Below are positions 39,438 to 54,910 of a DNA stretch of 64,000 bases, one piece after another. Below the pieces are notes generated by a model. The model did not search any database, was not told the DNA's origin, and saw only the letters and a list, made by a program, of their open reading frames with translations. Source of the stretch: Macrostomum lignano (taxonomy: Eukaryota). Where the stretch lies: NCBI GenBank assembly GCA_002269645.1, contig NIVC01000001.1, positions 372,001 through 436,000 of the forward strand, written 5' to 3'. The stretch's first letter is position 1, and each line of letters opens with the position of its first letter. The position numbers and the translations under genes were made by a program.

Positions 39438-39650
39438 GACTTGGACCATCTGCGGGCGTGATTCAGAGTTAAAATGTTAGGTTAGCTATATATTACAGCG
39501 CATTTTCGGTTACTTTGAATGTCCAATGTTACGAGTATACAATACTAAAAGATTTATTTAGTGCTTTATTACACTGCATGTGCACGAATCTTATTTCCTT
39601 TCAAACTTTCAGTGAAAAATTTATCCTATCATCACTCTGATTGTATACAG

Positions 39651-40038
39651 CAGGGGTCGGCCAACTCTGCTAGTTTGTGCACGTTACACGAAATGTGTAC
39701 TATCGGCCCGCGGAGCCTCTATCCAGCCCTCGGTCCTTTGAGCAATCCTTCGCAATAGCAATCCGGGCCCGCTCAAGGTTTCTGGGTCTTCTTTTTCAGC
39801 TCCCTTCTCTTCTCTCTCCTCTCCTCTCATCTACTCAGATCTGTGCTCCTCCTCTCCTCTCAATTCTCCTGTCTATGTCATCTCTCCTCTCTTCTCCTTT
39901 AGTCCCTCGCCTCTCCTTTCTCCTATCTCTCTTCTCGATTCCCTTTGACCCTCTCCTCTCTCCCCTCCTCTGGCCGCATGCAGTCATGCGCTTGACTCTT
40001 TATCTGGTCCTTGGGCTAAAAAATTCAGCCGACCCCTC
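39651..40038. mobile_element. hAT-like MITE (CAGGGGTCGGC...GCCGACCCCT)
   Basis: TIRs at 39651 and 40028-40037. Internal similarity to 23767-23990. It lies about 210 bp upstream of the ATG of the secreted-protein gene. Confidence 0.7.
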
Positions 40039-40879
40039 ATGGTACTCGTAGGATTTGCTAGCTACGCAAAATACACCTTTACTGAGTGAAGCCAGAGCGA
40101 TCCCCTAAAGCCACAAAATGAGCCTCTAAATCGCTCGTCTGATTCACGAAGCGTCTGATTCGGATCAGCAACGACAAAACATGTACACAAACCGCGTGAT
40201 AGAGCACTACAAGCGTATTATGCTCAAGAGCTTGTATTATTAAACAATGCAGCAAACCTTTTTAATCTGGTACGTGATGCGTCGATTTCAAGTTTGAAGC
40301 TGGTTGTCAGTGAGAATTGTGTTTTAGTCTGTAGAGCTATATGCTTGAGCAAGTATAACATGAACTATGCTAGCTAATATGTGTAGCAATTACGTGGTAG
40401 CCCTTGCTGTATTTAACTCTGTAACTCGACTACAAGTTCTGGGACTGAACGAGCGGTAATATAACTTCGATACTAATCGATTTCTGTGCCTGATACAATT
40501 GGGCAGAGCAGGGGGCAATTTCCGTCCACAGTTTTCGCGCATGTAGTACATATACAGCTGTGTTCATTCTCGCACATTTTAAACTCTGGCCAAAAAGCTA
40601 CGTGAGGCGAATTGGCATACGCGATCCTATATGAATAGCTACATTTTAGCTGTCGTACGTACTGCATGTAGAGTCTACAAGCATTGTTTTAAGTTCTGGC
40701 TTGTATAGCTATAGTGTTTTTGTTTTACATGGCGTGGTTTTGACCAATATAAGAACGTTGCAATATTGAGTTAGATTGTGTGTGCGCGGTATGTTTAAGT
40801 GCAAATAGCAATCTTGAAACAAAGTTACATATATTTTAATGGAAAATCTATCTGTACCAAACCTAGCTTGCGACGCCAA

Positions 40880-43800
40880 TGTTGTGTTGAGAGAGTCAGA
40901 CTGATTTTTGGGGTACACACGAGCTTAGACCAAGTTGGCCTTCCGACTGGTATATTTATACTTTGATATTTACCTAGCTGCGACCGATCAATATCGGCAG
41001 AGATGTACATAGCAGATGTACATATCTGCAAACCAACTACACAACATTCACTCTTTCTCACGAACGAGTTGCCTTGTCGACGAAATATTCGAAAATCGAT
41101 TAGATATTCAAGAACAATAAAACAGGCAGGAACATTGGGAATAAAGTATTGTTTTACATCAGAATAAAATCTTTATATAAAATAGAATTTCGCCATTAAG
41201 TCCCAATCACAAAAACCCTCGAAAACAAACTCGAAAACGAAAAGCTTGCAATTTAAAAGTCCTTTGCAGTCATTGCAATCAGTGAGTCACCACATCCCCA
41301 TATCACTGCGGCGGAGCCCGATTCCTCGCGCTCGCTCGAATCGCCGTCGGTGCTCCTTGATGCGGCGGCAGCTCTTCGGCCGCCGCTCCCGCCACCGCCG
41401 CGTGTGTCGGAGCCGTCGTGGCGGCTGGCGTGGGCCACTGCGGCAGCGCTCCTGCCGGCCGCTCCACCCGCCGCACGCAGTTGTCGACCTGCCACCGAGA
41501 GCCGTCACTGAGGATCACTGTGGTGGCGCTCGCGATTCTCAAGATCTCCAGCGGTTCGGGCAGCCGGCTGCTCAGCTTGCAACGTTCGAACGGCCGCCTC
41601 ACGCGCACCTAGTCGCCGACTTGAGCTTGGTCGAGTTGAGCTTGCTGAAGACTCGCTGCTGCTTCTGCCTGATGCCGCCTGCCAGGTTGTGCTGCGATGG
41701 TGTCCTTGGCTGCAGTGCAGTCAGCGGAGTGCTGATTTTCAGGCTCGTCATCAGCTCCGCCGGTGACACCCCCGTCAGTGCGTGCGGGGTGGCCCGGTAT
41801 GACCACAGCAGCGCCTTCACCGCGTCCTTGAAGCCGTAGCCGTCCTGCAGGTGCGTCTTCAGGCCGTCTTTCAGAAACCGGTTGAAGCGCTCGACTGCAG
41901 CGTTGCCTTGCGGGTGGTAGTGCGGCGACTGGCGGTGCTGGATGCCGCAGCGCTGGAGGAAGTCTTTGAAGTCACCGGACATGAACTGCAGCCCGCCGTC
42001 CGTGTTGATGCTCTTTGGGAGTCCCCAGCGGCTGAACCACGTCGTCAAGGCGTCGATCACGTCAGCTGTGGTCACTGTGGACATGCAGGCTGCTTCTGGC
42101 CACTTTGAATGCAGGTCGTACAGCACCAGAATGAAGCGACATGAGTTCGGCGCCGAATGCAGCTCCCCGAAGATGTCGAGCTGAAGCTCCTCCCAAGGTC
42201 GCGTCGGCCACTTCGTCGGAGTCAGCACCGTCTTGGATGGCTTGAAGTTTTTCTCGCTGAGCAGGCAGGCTTCGCAGTGCCGCACGAACTCCTCGATTTG
42301 GCTGTCGATCTGCGGCCACCAGACCGAATCCCGGCAGAGGCTGCTTGTCCGGCACAATTGCCTTGTTGGGGCTTGACTTACTTGAGTTAGCTGCAGGGCT
42401 GTCCCGGGGGGACACGGCGGGAAGGCGCGAACGCCCATTCCGCTAATCCCTGAACGGCCGACGCGTCGTTATGGACGAAGGGTTGGCGCCGCCCCGGGAG
42501 GTCCCCCAGTGTCGCCAGCAGCTATGGTGCTCTCTGGAAAGGAGAGTTCAGCCCTGCGGGTGGCCCGGAGGTAGCGCATGAGCTGGTTAAAGTTTTCGGG
42601 TTTGCACGCTTCAGTAATATATGTGTGTGTGGCCCGAGGTAAGTGAGTCTGGCTCGCGTAAAGGCGGGACAGATGCTGACGAAATGCTCAGCGGTTTCGT
42701 CACCTGAGTTGCAGAAACTGCAGATGGCGTTGTTGGCGTTGCCCTGCAGGTACTGGTGCCTAGAGAAGCAGCCGTGACCTGAGAGGGTCATGATGGCAGC
42801 CCGGATGTCTCTGCGCGAGAGGCGCAAGAGGAGCTTCCGGAGCTGGTGAGAGGGCTGAGGGACAGCGCCTCTGAATTGCCTACAGGTGGTGCAGTTCGCC
42901 CAAGTCGAGCGGTGCTGGGTCCTGATCCACGCTTTGATGCGCGAGTCGATGACACAGCCAGGAATCGGGACAAGGGGTTCGGGACCGAGAGAGGAGCCGG
43001 AGGCGCCAACTTTTGCAAGGGCGTCAGCCAACTCATTTCCTCGGATCCCCACATGCCCCGGAACCCACTTGAGGGTGATTTTGTTGGTGGAGCCCAACAT
43101 GTTGAGGAGTTTGATACAGTCGAGGACTGTAGCAGAATTGGTGCTGCAGCCACTGATGGCGTGCAAGGCAGCTTGGCTGTCCGAATGGAATATGATGTTC
43201 TTACCGGTAACGCCAGTGGCGAGGAGCTCTGCGGTGCAGGAGCTGATGGCAAGAACTTCATTTTGGAAGACACTAGAGTTGATCCCAGTGTACTGAGCGT
43301 GGGTTGCGATAACCCTCCCGTTCAGGAAGATTCCAACACCAAAACCGGTGTTGGCTGACTGCTTAGAACCATCGGTGTAGTAGTTAAAGCTCACCAGGGT
43401 TCCAGTGGTCAGTGATGGTATCGCGCGAGTCGATAGCTACGGAGTAGCGTTGTCTCAGGTTGAGCGTTGAGGCAATGCCATCGGTGAAGACCCGATTGGC
43501 CTGACAGTCGTTGAGGATGTTGAGGCACAGGTCGCTATGCGGGACGAGGTTCCGCTTAGCAGGTGCCCTCATGTAAAGGAATTTGACACCGGCATCAAGT
43601 AAACGCCGGGTCGCCTTGTTGGGGCACCCGAGGTCATTGCAGATTCGGATCTTACCGTCAGGCTTTGGGACGACCACCAGATTCGAGATCCATTCAGATG
43701 CTTGAATCTCCTCGACGATCCCGTCCGCTAGAAGCTGATCGATCGAGCTTCCGGTTGGTCCTCTCCGATAGAATGGACACTTTCGCGCCCGAGTCGACCA

Positions 43801-45039
43801 GCAGGCTCAGCCAGCTGCCCTGGACCTTCAGCCGGCACCTGATGTCGGGACTGGCCGTGCCACGCACGGTGAACACCTCGCGGCTGTTCTCGTCTCCGAC
43901 CTGGGCAACCTTGGTGCCCTGCGACCTGCACATTCTGCCAAAATGGTTCTGCTTGCCACAGGCATAACAGGACTTGCCTTCAGCAGGACATCGCGCTCTT
44001 CTGTTGTGGCCGCCTCCGCAATTCGGACAGAACTCTCGCCCGGCAGCCGCCCGTCCTTGACCTCTGGACTTTCCGAACTGATGTTGCACCTTGTACACCT
44101 CCGCCTCGCCTCGGCTTGCCATGGCAACTGCGCCGCCAGTCTCGATCGCGCTGGCTTCCGCGATGCTAGTCTCCCACTGCTGACTCAGCGTCACCGCCGT
44201 CTTGAGCGTCAGGCCGCCCTCGATGAGCAGGCGCTCTCTGATCCGCCTGTCGCTGACCTTCTCCACTATCTGGTCGCGAATCATCTCGTCCGTCATGCCG
44301 CCGAACTCGCACGAGCCGGCCAGCGTGTACAGCGCTGCCACAAAGTCAGCGATTTTCTCACCGGGTCGCTGCCCTCGCTGCCGAAACCTGTGGCGCTCCG
44401 CCACCACGTTGGTCTTGCCACCAAACTGCTCCTTCAGCAGCTTCACGGTCTCGTCGAATCCCAGCGGTGTCTGTTCACCATCCGAACTCTGAGATGGCGG
44501 TGGCTGCATCGCTGCGAAGATCCACTGTCCTTCAGCACCCAGGCAGTGCAGAAGCAGGGCTCGCTTTCTCGCGTATGGTAGAGTGTCGAAGCCCGCCGCA
44601 ATTAAGTAGTTGTCAAACAGGCTCTTCCACCCATTCCACGGCCTCGTTGGTGGTCCCGGTTGAGGCAGGAATTGCTTTGGTGACGAGATGTTGATCCTTG
44701 GCACCTCCGATGCGCTAGGAGCTGTCGCCGACTGAGACATTCTGAGCACTGTGTACTTTTGCGGTTTGGCGCTTGTTTACTTCGCAAAGACGGCCTTTTA
44801 GGCTGGGCTTGCACTCAACTTGTTAGTGAAAACTCAAAACCCCAAATTGTGGGGGGTTGGCCTAGCTTACGACGCCAATGTTGTTGAGAGAGTCAGACTG
44901 ATTTTTGGGGTACACACCCCAAGTAAGTTGGCCTTCCGACTGGTATATTTATACTTTGATATTTACCTAGCTGCGACCGATCAATATCGGCAGAGATGTA
45001 CATAGCAGATGTACATATCTGCAAACCAACTACACAACA
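40880..45039 (-). mobile_element. Ty3/Gypsy LTR retrotransposon, internally deleted and non-autonomous
   Basis: LTRs at 40880-41046 (167 bp, TGTTGTGT...ACACAACA) and 44879-45039 (161 bp). PBS-like TGGCGTCGTAAGCTAGG at 44861-44877. Gag from 44740 with CCHC knuckle CYACGKQNHFGRMC. Protease LLVDSGAKVS. Only the RT start remains (VVVPKPDGKIRIC). Integrase zinc finger and core at 41599-42339 (VWWP, CEAC, LQLD, TDGG, GNAAVERFN). Confidence 0.93.
42373..43612 (-). mobile_element. 5'-truncated RNase H-bearing LINE (R1/LOA-like) nested in the Gypsy RT
   Basis: RNase H motifs YTDGSK, FQNEVLAI, SDSQAAL, LKWVPGHVGIRGNELADALAK. C-terminal CSFCNSGDETAEHFVSIC. Tail ACTCAAGTAAGTCAA. 13-bp TSD GCCTTGTTGGGGC at 42360-42372 and 43613-43625. 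Confidence 0.93.
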
Positions 45040-45042
45040 TTG

Positions 45043-45290
45043 CCCGCGAGAGTTTTTCCCGCAGGGTTTTTACAGTCGGAAATTCAAGTCGAATCCAGTC
45101 TATACACAATGCTGGACTAGATTAGAACTAGACTAGACTTTACTAGACATAAACTAGACTAGATATTAAAACTAGACTAGATATTAAAACTAGACTAGAT
45201 TAGAGCTAGACTAGACTAGATTTCAAATCCAATATTAGGTTTGACTTAAAATCCCGACAGGAAAAACCCTGTGGAAAAACCTCCTGCGGG
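45043..45290. mobile_element. MITE-like inverted-repeat element with (CTAGA)n core
   Basis: ~40-bp inverted repeats at 45052-45092 and 45241-45280. It abuts the outer edge of the 5' LTR. Confidence 0.65.
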
Positions 45291-45859
45291 AAAACCTCCT
45301 GCGGGAAATTCTCATAAACTTAGGCAGGGATAAATATCTTCGCCGACGCCGGAAACCAGACCGCTGAGGTAGTCAAACTGCTGACAACGCGGAAGCTCCG
45401 TCGACGCCTGACCGTCAGCGCCTCTCGGCACAAAATCGCAGCCTCGATGTCGTCGGGCTCTGTGTGATCTTCCCTATGGGAAGAAAGGGGCTTGCCCGTA
45501 GGAACTGGGTGAGCCGTGGGATGCTGACGGTCTGGCAAAACTCGTCAATAGACGGGGTTGCGAAGTTTGTCTCGATGTAGAAAGGGCAATGACAGACAAA
45601 GAGCTAAGCATCTTCGTTGTCGTACTCTCAAAAAGGGCAAAGTTCGCCTAGTGCCTAGGCTGCTGGCGAAGTAGCTATGGCCGGTAGTGTGAAAAGGTCA
45701 TGACAATTCGGCGCGAATATATCCTTCTGATTTTGGTTCAGAAGGACGTACCTGAGCTTGTGAGAGGGGCGCGGCGCGGATAGGTCCTTGGGAATAGAAT
45801 CAACCTAGTCATCGATCTGACGATTGATGACCGTAGAAGAGATACATGTAGGGACCAGG

Positions 45860-48030
45860 GGTTCAGGAGACAGGAGCCAGGGCCCTCTTTGCTTTTGTCT
45901 GAACTGTGGTGACCAGTTCAGCCTGTGGTCCAGGGTAATCCCTAGACATTTAGTCTGCTTGCAGAAGGGGATTTCCCTTCCGTAAAGCGCGTGAGCGGCC
46001 GGCTCTGCCACTTGGTCCTGCTGGTGAGCATGATTGCTGCGGGCTTAGTCTCAGAGAGCTTTAGACCACAACGATCAGCCGATTGCTCAGCGGCGTAGAT
46101 GAAGGAGGTTCTTGAGGATATAAGGATCGACAAATTAGACGCCACCGCGGTGACATCGTTCACATGTCGTACTTTCAGAACGGGGTCTGGCCGAGCATCC
46201 CGGAAGAGCTCATTTGATGACCATATTCCAGAGAACTGGAGACAGCCTCCCGCAATTTCAAATTTGAAGTGCGCAAGGCCAAGGAATGTAAGTGGCGCCA
46301 ATTCTGCAATGAATTGGATCAAGACAGACCTACTTCTAGGCTTGTCAAGGCCCTTACAATGGACAAAATGTCCAAATTAGCCATGATCAAAAAAGATGAT
46401 GGCTCTCTTACTAAAGACCCTGAAGAAGTGCTTCAGCATATGCTTAGCACATTCTTCCCGAGGGTACCTACTGCTAGACCGGAGCCCAACCATTCGATGG
46501 ATGGAGCCACCCTAGCGGCGGGCATTGTCACTGAAGACCTAATCGCTCGTGCGGTCAGAACCTTCAAACCCTTCAAATCTCCTGGACCTGATGGTATCTA
46601 CCCTGTTCTCCTTCGTGAAGCAGCCAAGATACCCTCGTTCCTGAGACTCACCCGCAATCTCATGCGGGCCTCTATCCAGCTGGGATACGTTCCCAAATGC
46701 TGGACTGAAGCTCGGGTAGTCTTTATTCCCAAACCTGGGAAGGGTGACTACCAAAGCGTCAAGGCCTTCCGGCCTATTAGCTTAACGTCAGCAATGCTTA
46801 AGCTCACTGAGAGGCTTATTCTCTGGCGGCTGCTGTCCTGCGAGCTGACAGCGATGCCCCTCAGCAATAATCAGCACGCCTTCCGCACCGGGAGGTCGAC
46901 TGACAGCGCCCTGCATGCGATTGTCGAGAAGATTGAAAGGGCGGTACTGGGTGACGGTTACGCTCTGGCTCTCTTTCTTGACATTGTTGGCGCCTTCGAC
47001 AACGTTATCTGACACCCTTGCAAAAGTTGGTGCCTCCGGCTCCTCTCTCGGCCCCGAACCTCTTGTCCCGATTCCTGGCTGTGTCATCGACTCACGCATC
47101 AAAGCGTGGATCAGGACTCAGCACCGCTCGACTTGGGCGAACCGCACGAACTGCAGGCAATCCAGAGGCGCTGTCCCTCAGCCCTCTCACCAGCTCCGGA
47201 AGCTCCTCTTGCGCCTCTCGCGCAGAGACATCCGGGCTGCCACCATGACCCTCTCTGGTCACGGCTGCTTCTCCAGGCACCAGTACCTGCAGGGCAACGC
47301 CACCAACGCCACCTGTAGTTTCTGCAACTCAGGTGACGAAACCGCTGAGCATTTCGTCAGCATCTGTCCCGCCTTCACGCGGGCCAGACTCACTTACCTC
47401 GGGCCACACACATCTATTACTGAAGCGTGCAAACCCGAAAACTTTAATCAGCTCATGCGCTACCTTCGGGCCACCCGCAGGGCTGAACTCTCCTTTCCAG
47501 AGAGCACCATAGCTGCTGGCGACACTGGGGGACCTCCCTGGGCGGCGCCAACCCTCCGTCCATAGCGACGCGTCGGCCGTTCAGGGACTAGCGGAATGGG
47601 CGCCCGCGCCTTCCCGCTGTGTCCCCTCCGGGACAGCCCTGCAGCTAAGTCAAGTAAGTCAAGCACCCCACCTTGAGGGCTACCTTTGCAGACGGGGACT
47701 GTCCTCTGGTAGCCCAGCAAACTGGCGGTGGTTGTGCGATGGTACATGATCCAGCTGGTGAGATGTGAGTGCGTTTGCCTCTCACAGAGGGTTCTTCGAA
47801 ACGCCTCGAAGAGGACGTTATCGAAGGCGCCAATGATCGATGTCCCAGGAAGATCCCAGAACGAAGCCGTTTTCAAGCACGGCCTTCTCTAGTGTATGGA
47901 CCAGGACGTGTAGCGCGCCTTCGGTGGAGCGGATCGCCCGAAAAGCGTGCTGGTTTTTGCTGAGAGGCTTATTTTTCAGCTTCACAGAAAGAAAGCGCCA
48001 GAGTTCCAGTCTCTCCATCAGCTTGACCAT
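45860..48030 (-). mobile_element. Degenerate LINE RT (minus) split by a nested plus-strand LINE
   Basis: 48030-47662: QHAFRAIRSTEGALH, GAFDNV, KGSPQGGVL. Resumes at 46200-45860: NDVTAVAS, CGLKLSETK, KCLGITLDHRLNW. Confidence 0.8.
46202..47661 (+). mobile_element. 5'-truncated, internally deleted R1/LOA-like LINE (same family as 42373-43612)
   Basis: RT N-terminal part KSPGPDGIYPVLL, FIPKPGK, RPISLTS, QHAFRTGRST, FLDIVGAFDNV, joined directly to the RNase H end and zinc knuckle. The 3' part is nearly identical by eye to the nested copy. Tail GCTAAGTCAAGTAAGTCAA. Confidence 0.9.
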
Positions 48031-48577
48031 AAAAGTTTACTCTACTCATTTCATCATACTTAAGTTATCACTTTACTTTTATTTTTTTTGGAGTAACTCA
48101 AAACAAAAAATGTTATGTAGCTACGTACATGTATGTTTAACACAGGGTAAAATTATATAACAAGTCAAATAAAAATGTTGAAGCTCAAATATTCGTCCTT
48201 AGCTGCATGAAAAAAACTAAAAAATCGTCATTTCGGAATAAAAATGTCTTTTTAAAGACATAATTCTAGCTAATGTCTTAAGGTCATTAACGCACGTAAA
48301 ATAACAAAAAATCAATATAATGTCACTACTAATATTTACTAGTATATAGGATTCAAAAAGTAAATTTTATAAAGACATGATGCTTTTTAAATTTAAAAAC
48401 TCACAAAATTCGACGAACAGTTTGTAAAAGAAACTTTGGCAACTGTAATCAGATAAAAAATAATAAGAAATCAATTGTAGCTACCTAATTAAGTCTCAGT
48501 TGTCATAAAAAAGCTAATTTTTTAGACAAAAAATTGATCCGAGAATATCTTGTTAAACAAATTGTTGTTAAACTCTA

Positions 48578-52809
<4,232 letters not shown>

Positions 52810-53290
52810 TTGGTTAATTTGTTGTTAGAAGTATTTCTTTAAAAATAGGGCAATCATAACTGAAGAATGGTGTTTCTTACCCATTTTAAATACGAGCGTA
52901 AGCTTCTGTGGTGTGAATTTCTAACGGACGTTTTGGGACAATAAGCAAGCTCGACAGCCAATTGTTGCTATGAAAGTTAGAAATATGATGTATAAAATGA
53001 GCGGGTTTTCGAGTTAATTTTTTTTCGAGTACGGTAGAGACCCTCGGCATGCACAATATGCGGACAATAATACGATCAAGTATATGCACTACGCCGGCAA
53101 ACTGAGTGTGAAGTTCTCTTTCTTTCATATGCAATGCTATCATACAATTTTTTGAGATAGCTAATTCCTGTGCTTTTCAAAGCAAACAACAAAATACATT
53201 TCTCACCGGCCACGAGAAAAAGTTCTCTTTCGTTGTACGTTGTAGTGAGCTCACAAGATCACTAAAACGTTTTAGTGATGTAAGTTTGAT

Positions 53291-53771
53291 GTACGTAGCA
53301 AGGACGACTTAAGTAGAAGGACGGGAAACCTCGTTTCTTAGAAAATTTTTATAGGCAGGTTTTCCGAAAAAATGCACTACGGAGATAGGCAGTTTTCATG
53401 TTTCAGCACAAAAATTTTTATTGCTTTTGATAGGAGGCAGATCCAGTGTTCATCTTTTAATATGTTGTGTCTTTTTTATTGCTCTATCGATATTTATAAA
53501 GCTTTTTGTTCAGAAAATTAGGATTCTATGTTAATTTTTTATTCTACGTACATTTACTGTGCCTAAAATCATAAAAATGCATGACACAGCTCCAATCATT
53601 GGTTTTATAAATTTATTTAATCATCCCCGCTACTTATATTGCTAGACAGTCAGCTAAGAATGATAAATAAAACCCATAAATAAGACTCATAAAACCAAAG
53701 AGCCGAGCTGTGCCATATTAATGGTTTTCGAGGTTTCCCGTCCTACGACTTAAGTCGTCCTTGGTACGTAC
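53291..53771. mobile_element. MITE-like element with ~43-bp inverted repeats
   Basis: GTACGTAGCAAGGACGACTTAAGTAGAAGGACGGGAAACCTCG (53291-53333) is inverted at 53729-53771. Confidence 0.7.
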
Positions 53772-54242
53772 AAGTAGATGTACGTTTCATTGAGCTCACA
53801 AAAGCGTATGGTAATATTTTTAATTGGCTAGCTATGTAAAACATTGGAAGAATAACGTACTCACGTATAATTTGTTCGTGTTATGGAACTTCGGCTTTTA
53901 GAAAGGGAAGTTCTTCTTTTCAAGAATGACTATGACGTGATATCTATATGCAGTGGTAATTATTTTCGGAATTATTTTAGTAGAAAGCAACCTTTGACAA
54001 AAAGACCTGTTCTCTGTCTTACTTACTGTTATTAAGAAATTAGTCATCTAAAAATATTTTAAACACTCATTTTTTCCCAAATATGGAAGTTCGCGTTCAG
54101 TGAAATGTCAAGAAGAGTTCGTAGCTCGTATAGACAGTAGTCACGAAATAACTGTTCTTAATTGATGTCGATGTGAACCAGTCTTTAGCTTAAAATATAT
54201 TGGGCACCTCTGAAACTTGCACAAAACCAGTGAAAGCCTGAG

Positions 54243-54910
54243 GCGCCAAATGAGTACCAAAATGAACGCTTGCTTGCGGCGCCAAAATGAGTGCTTGCTT
54301 GCGGCGCCAAATGAGTGCCTGCAGCACTAAAATGAATGCTTGCTTGCGGCGCCAAATGAGTGCCTGCAGCACTAAAATGAATGCTTGCTTGCGGCGCCAA
54401 ATGAGTGCCTGCAGCGCTAAAATGAATGCTTGCTTGCGGCGCCAAATGAGTGCCTGCAGCGCTAAAATGAATGCTTGCTTGCGGCGCCAAATGAGTGCCT
54501 GCAGCACTAAAATGAATGCTTGCTTGCGGCGCCAAATGAGTGCCTGCAGCGCTAAAATGAATGCTTGCTTGCGGCGCCAAATGAGTGCCTGCAGCGCTAA
54601 AATGAATGCTTGCTTGCGGCGCCAAATGAGTGCCTGCAGCACTAAAATGAATGCTTGCTTGCGCGGCGCCAAATGAGTGCCTGCAGCACTAAAATGAATG
54701 CTTGCTTGCGGCGCCAAATGAGTGCCTGCAGCGCTAAAATGAATGCTTGCTTGCGGCGCCAAATGAGTGCCTGCAGCGCTAAAATGAATGCTTGCTTGCG
54801 GCGCCAAATGAGTGCCTGCAGCACTAAAATGAATGCTTGCTTGCGCGGCGCCAAATGAGTGCCTGCAGCGCCAAAATGAATGCTTCTTGCGGCGCCAAAT
54901 GAGTGCCTGC
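54243..54910. repeat. 45-bp minisatellite (GCGGCGCCAAATGAGTGCCTGCAGCRCTAAAATGAATGCTTGCTT)
   Basis: About 14 near-perfect units. Flanked by a diverged duplicated block (about 54003-54240 and 55255-55600). Confidence 0.95.

Noticed and set aside
42522-43394. A novel LTR retrotransposon lineage with a captured RNase H
   Set aside because: The 13-bp TSD and LINE tail show a secondary insertion, and the Gypsy RT is deleted. It is kept only as a nested-insertion finding.
47540-47661. HDV-like or hammerhead ribozyme in the LINE 3' UTR (GCGGAATGGG resembles HDV J4/2)
   Set aside because: I could not build the nested double pseudoknot, there is no CUGAUGA/GAAA core, and such ribozymes are normally at LINE 5' ends.
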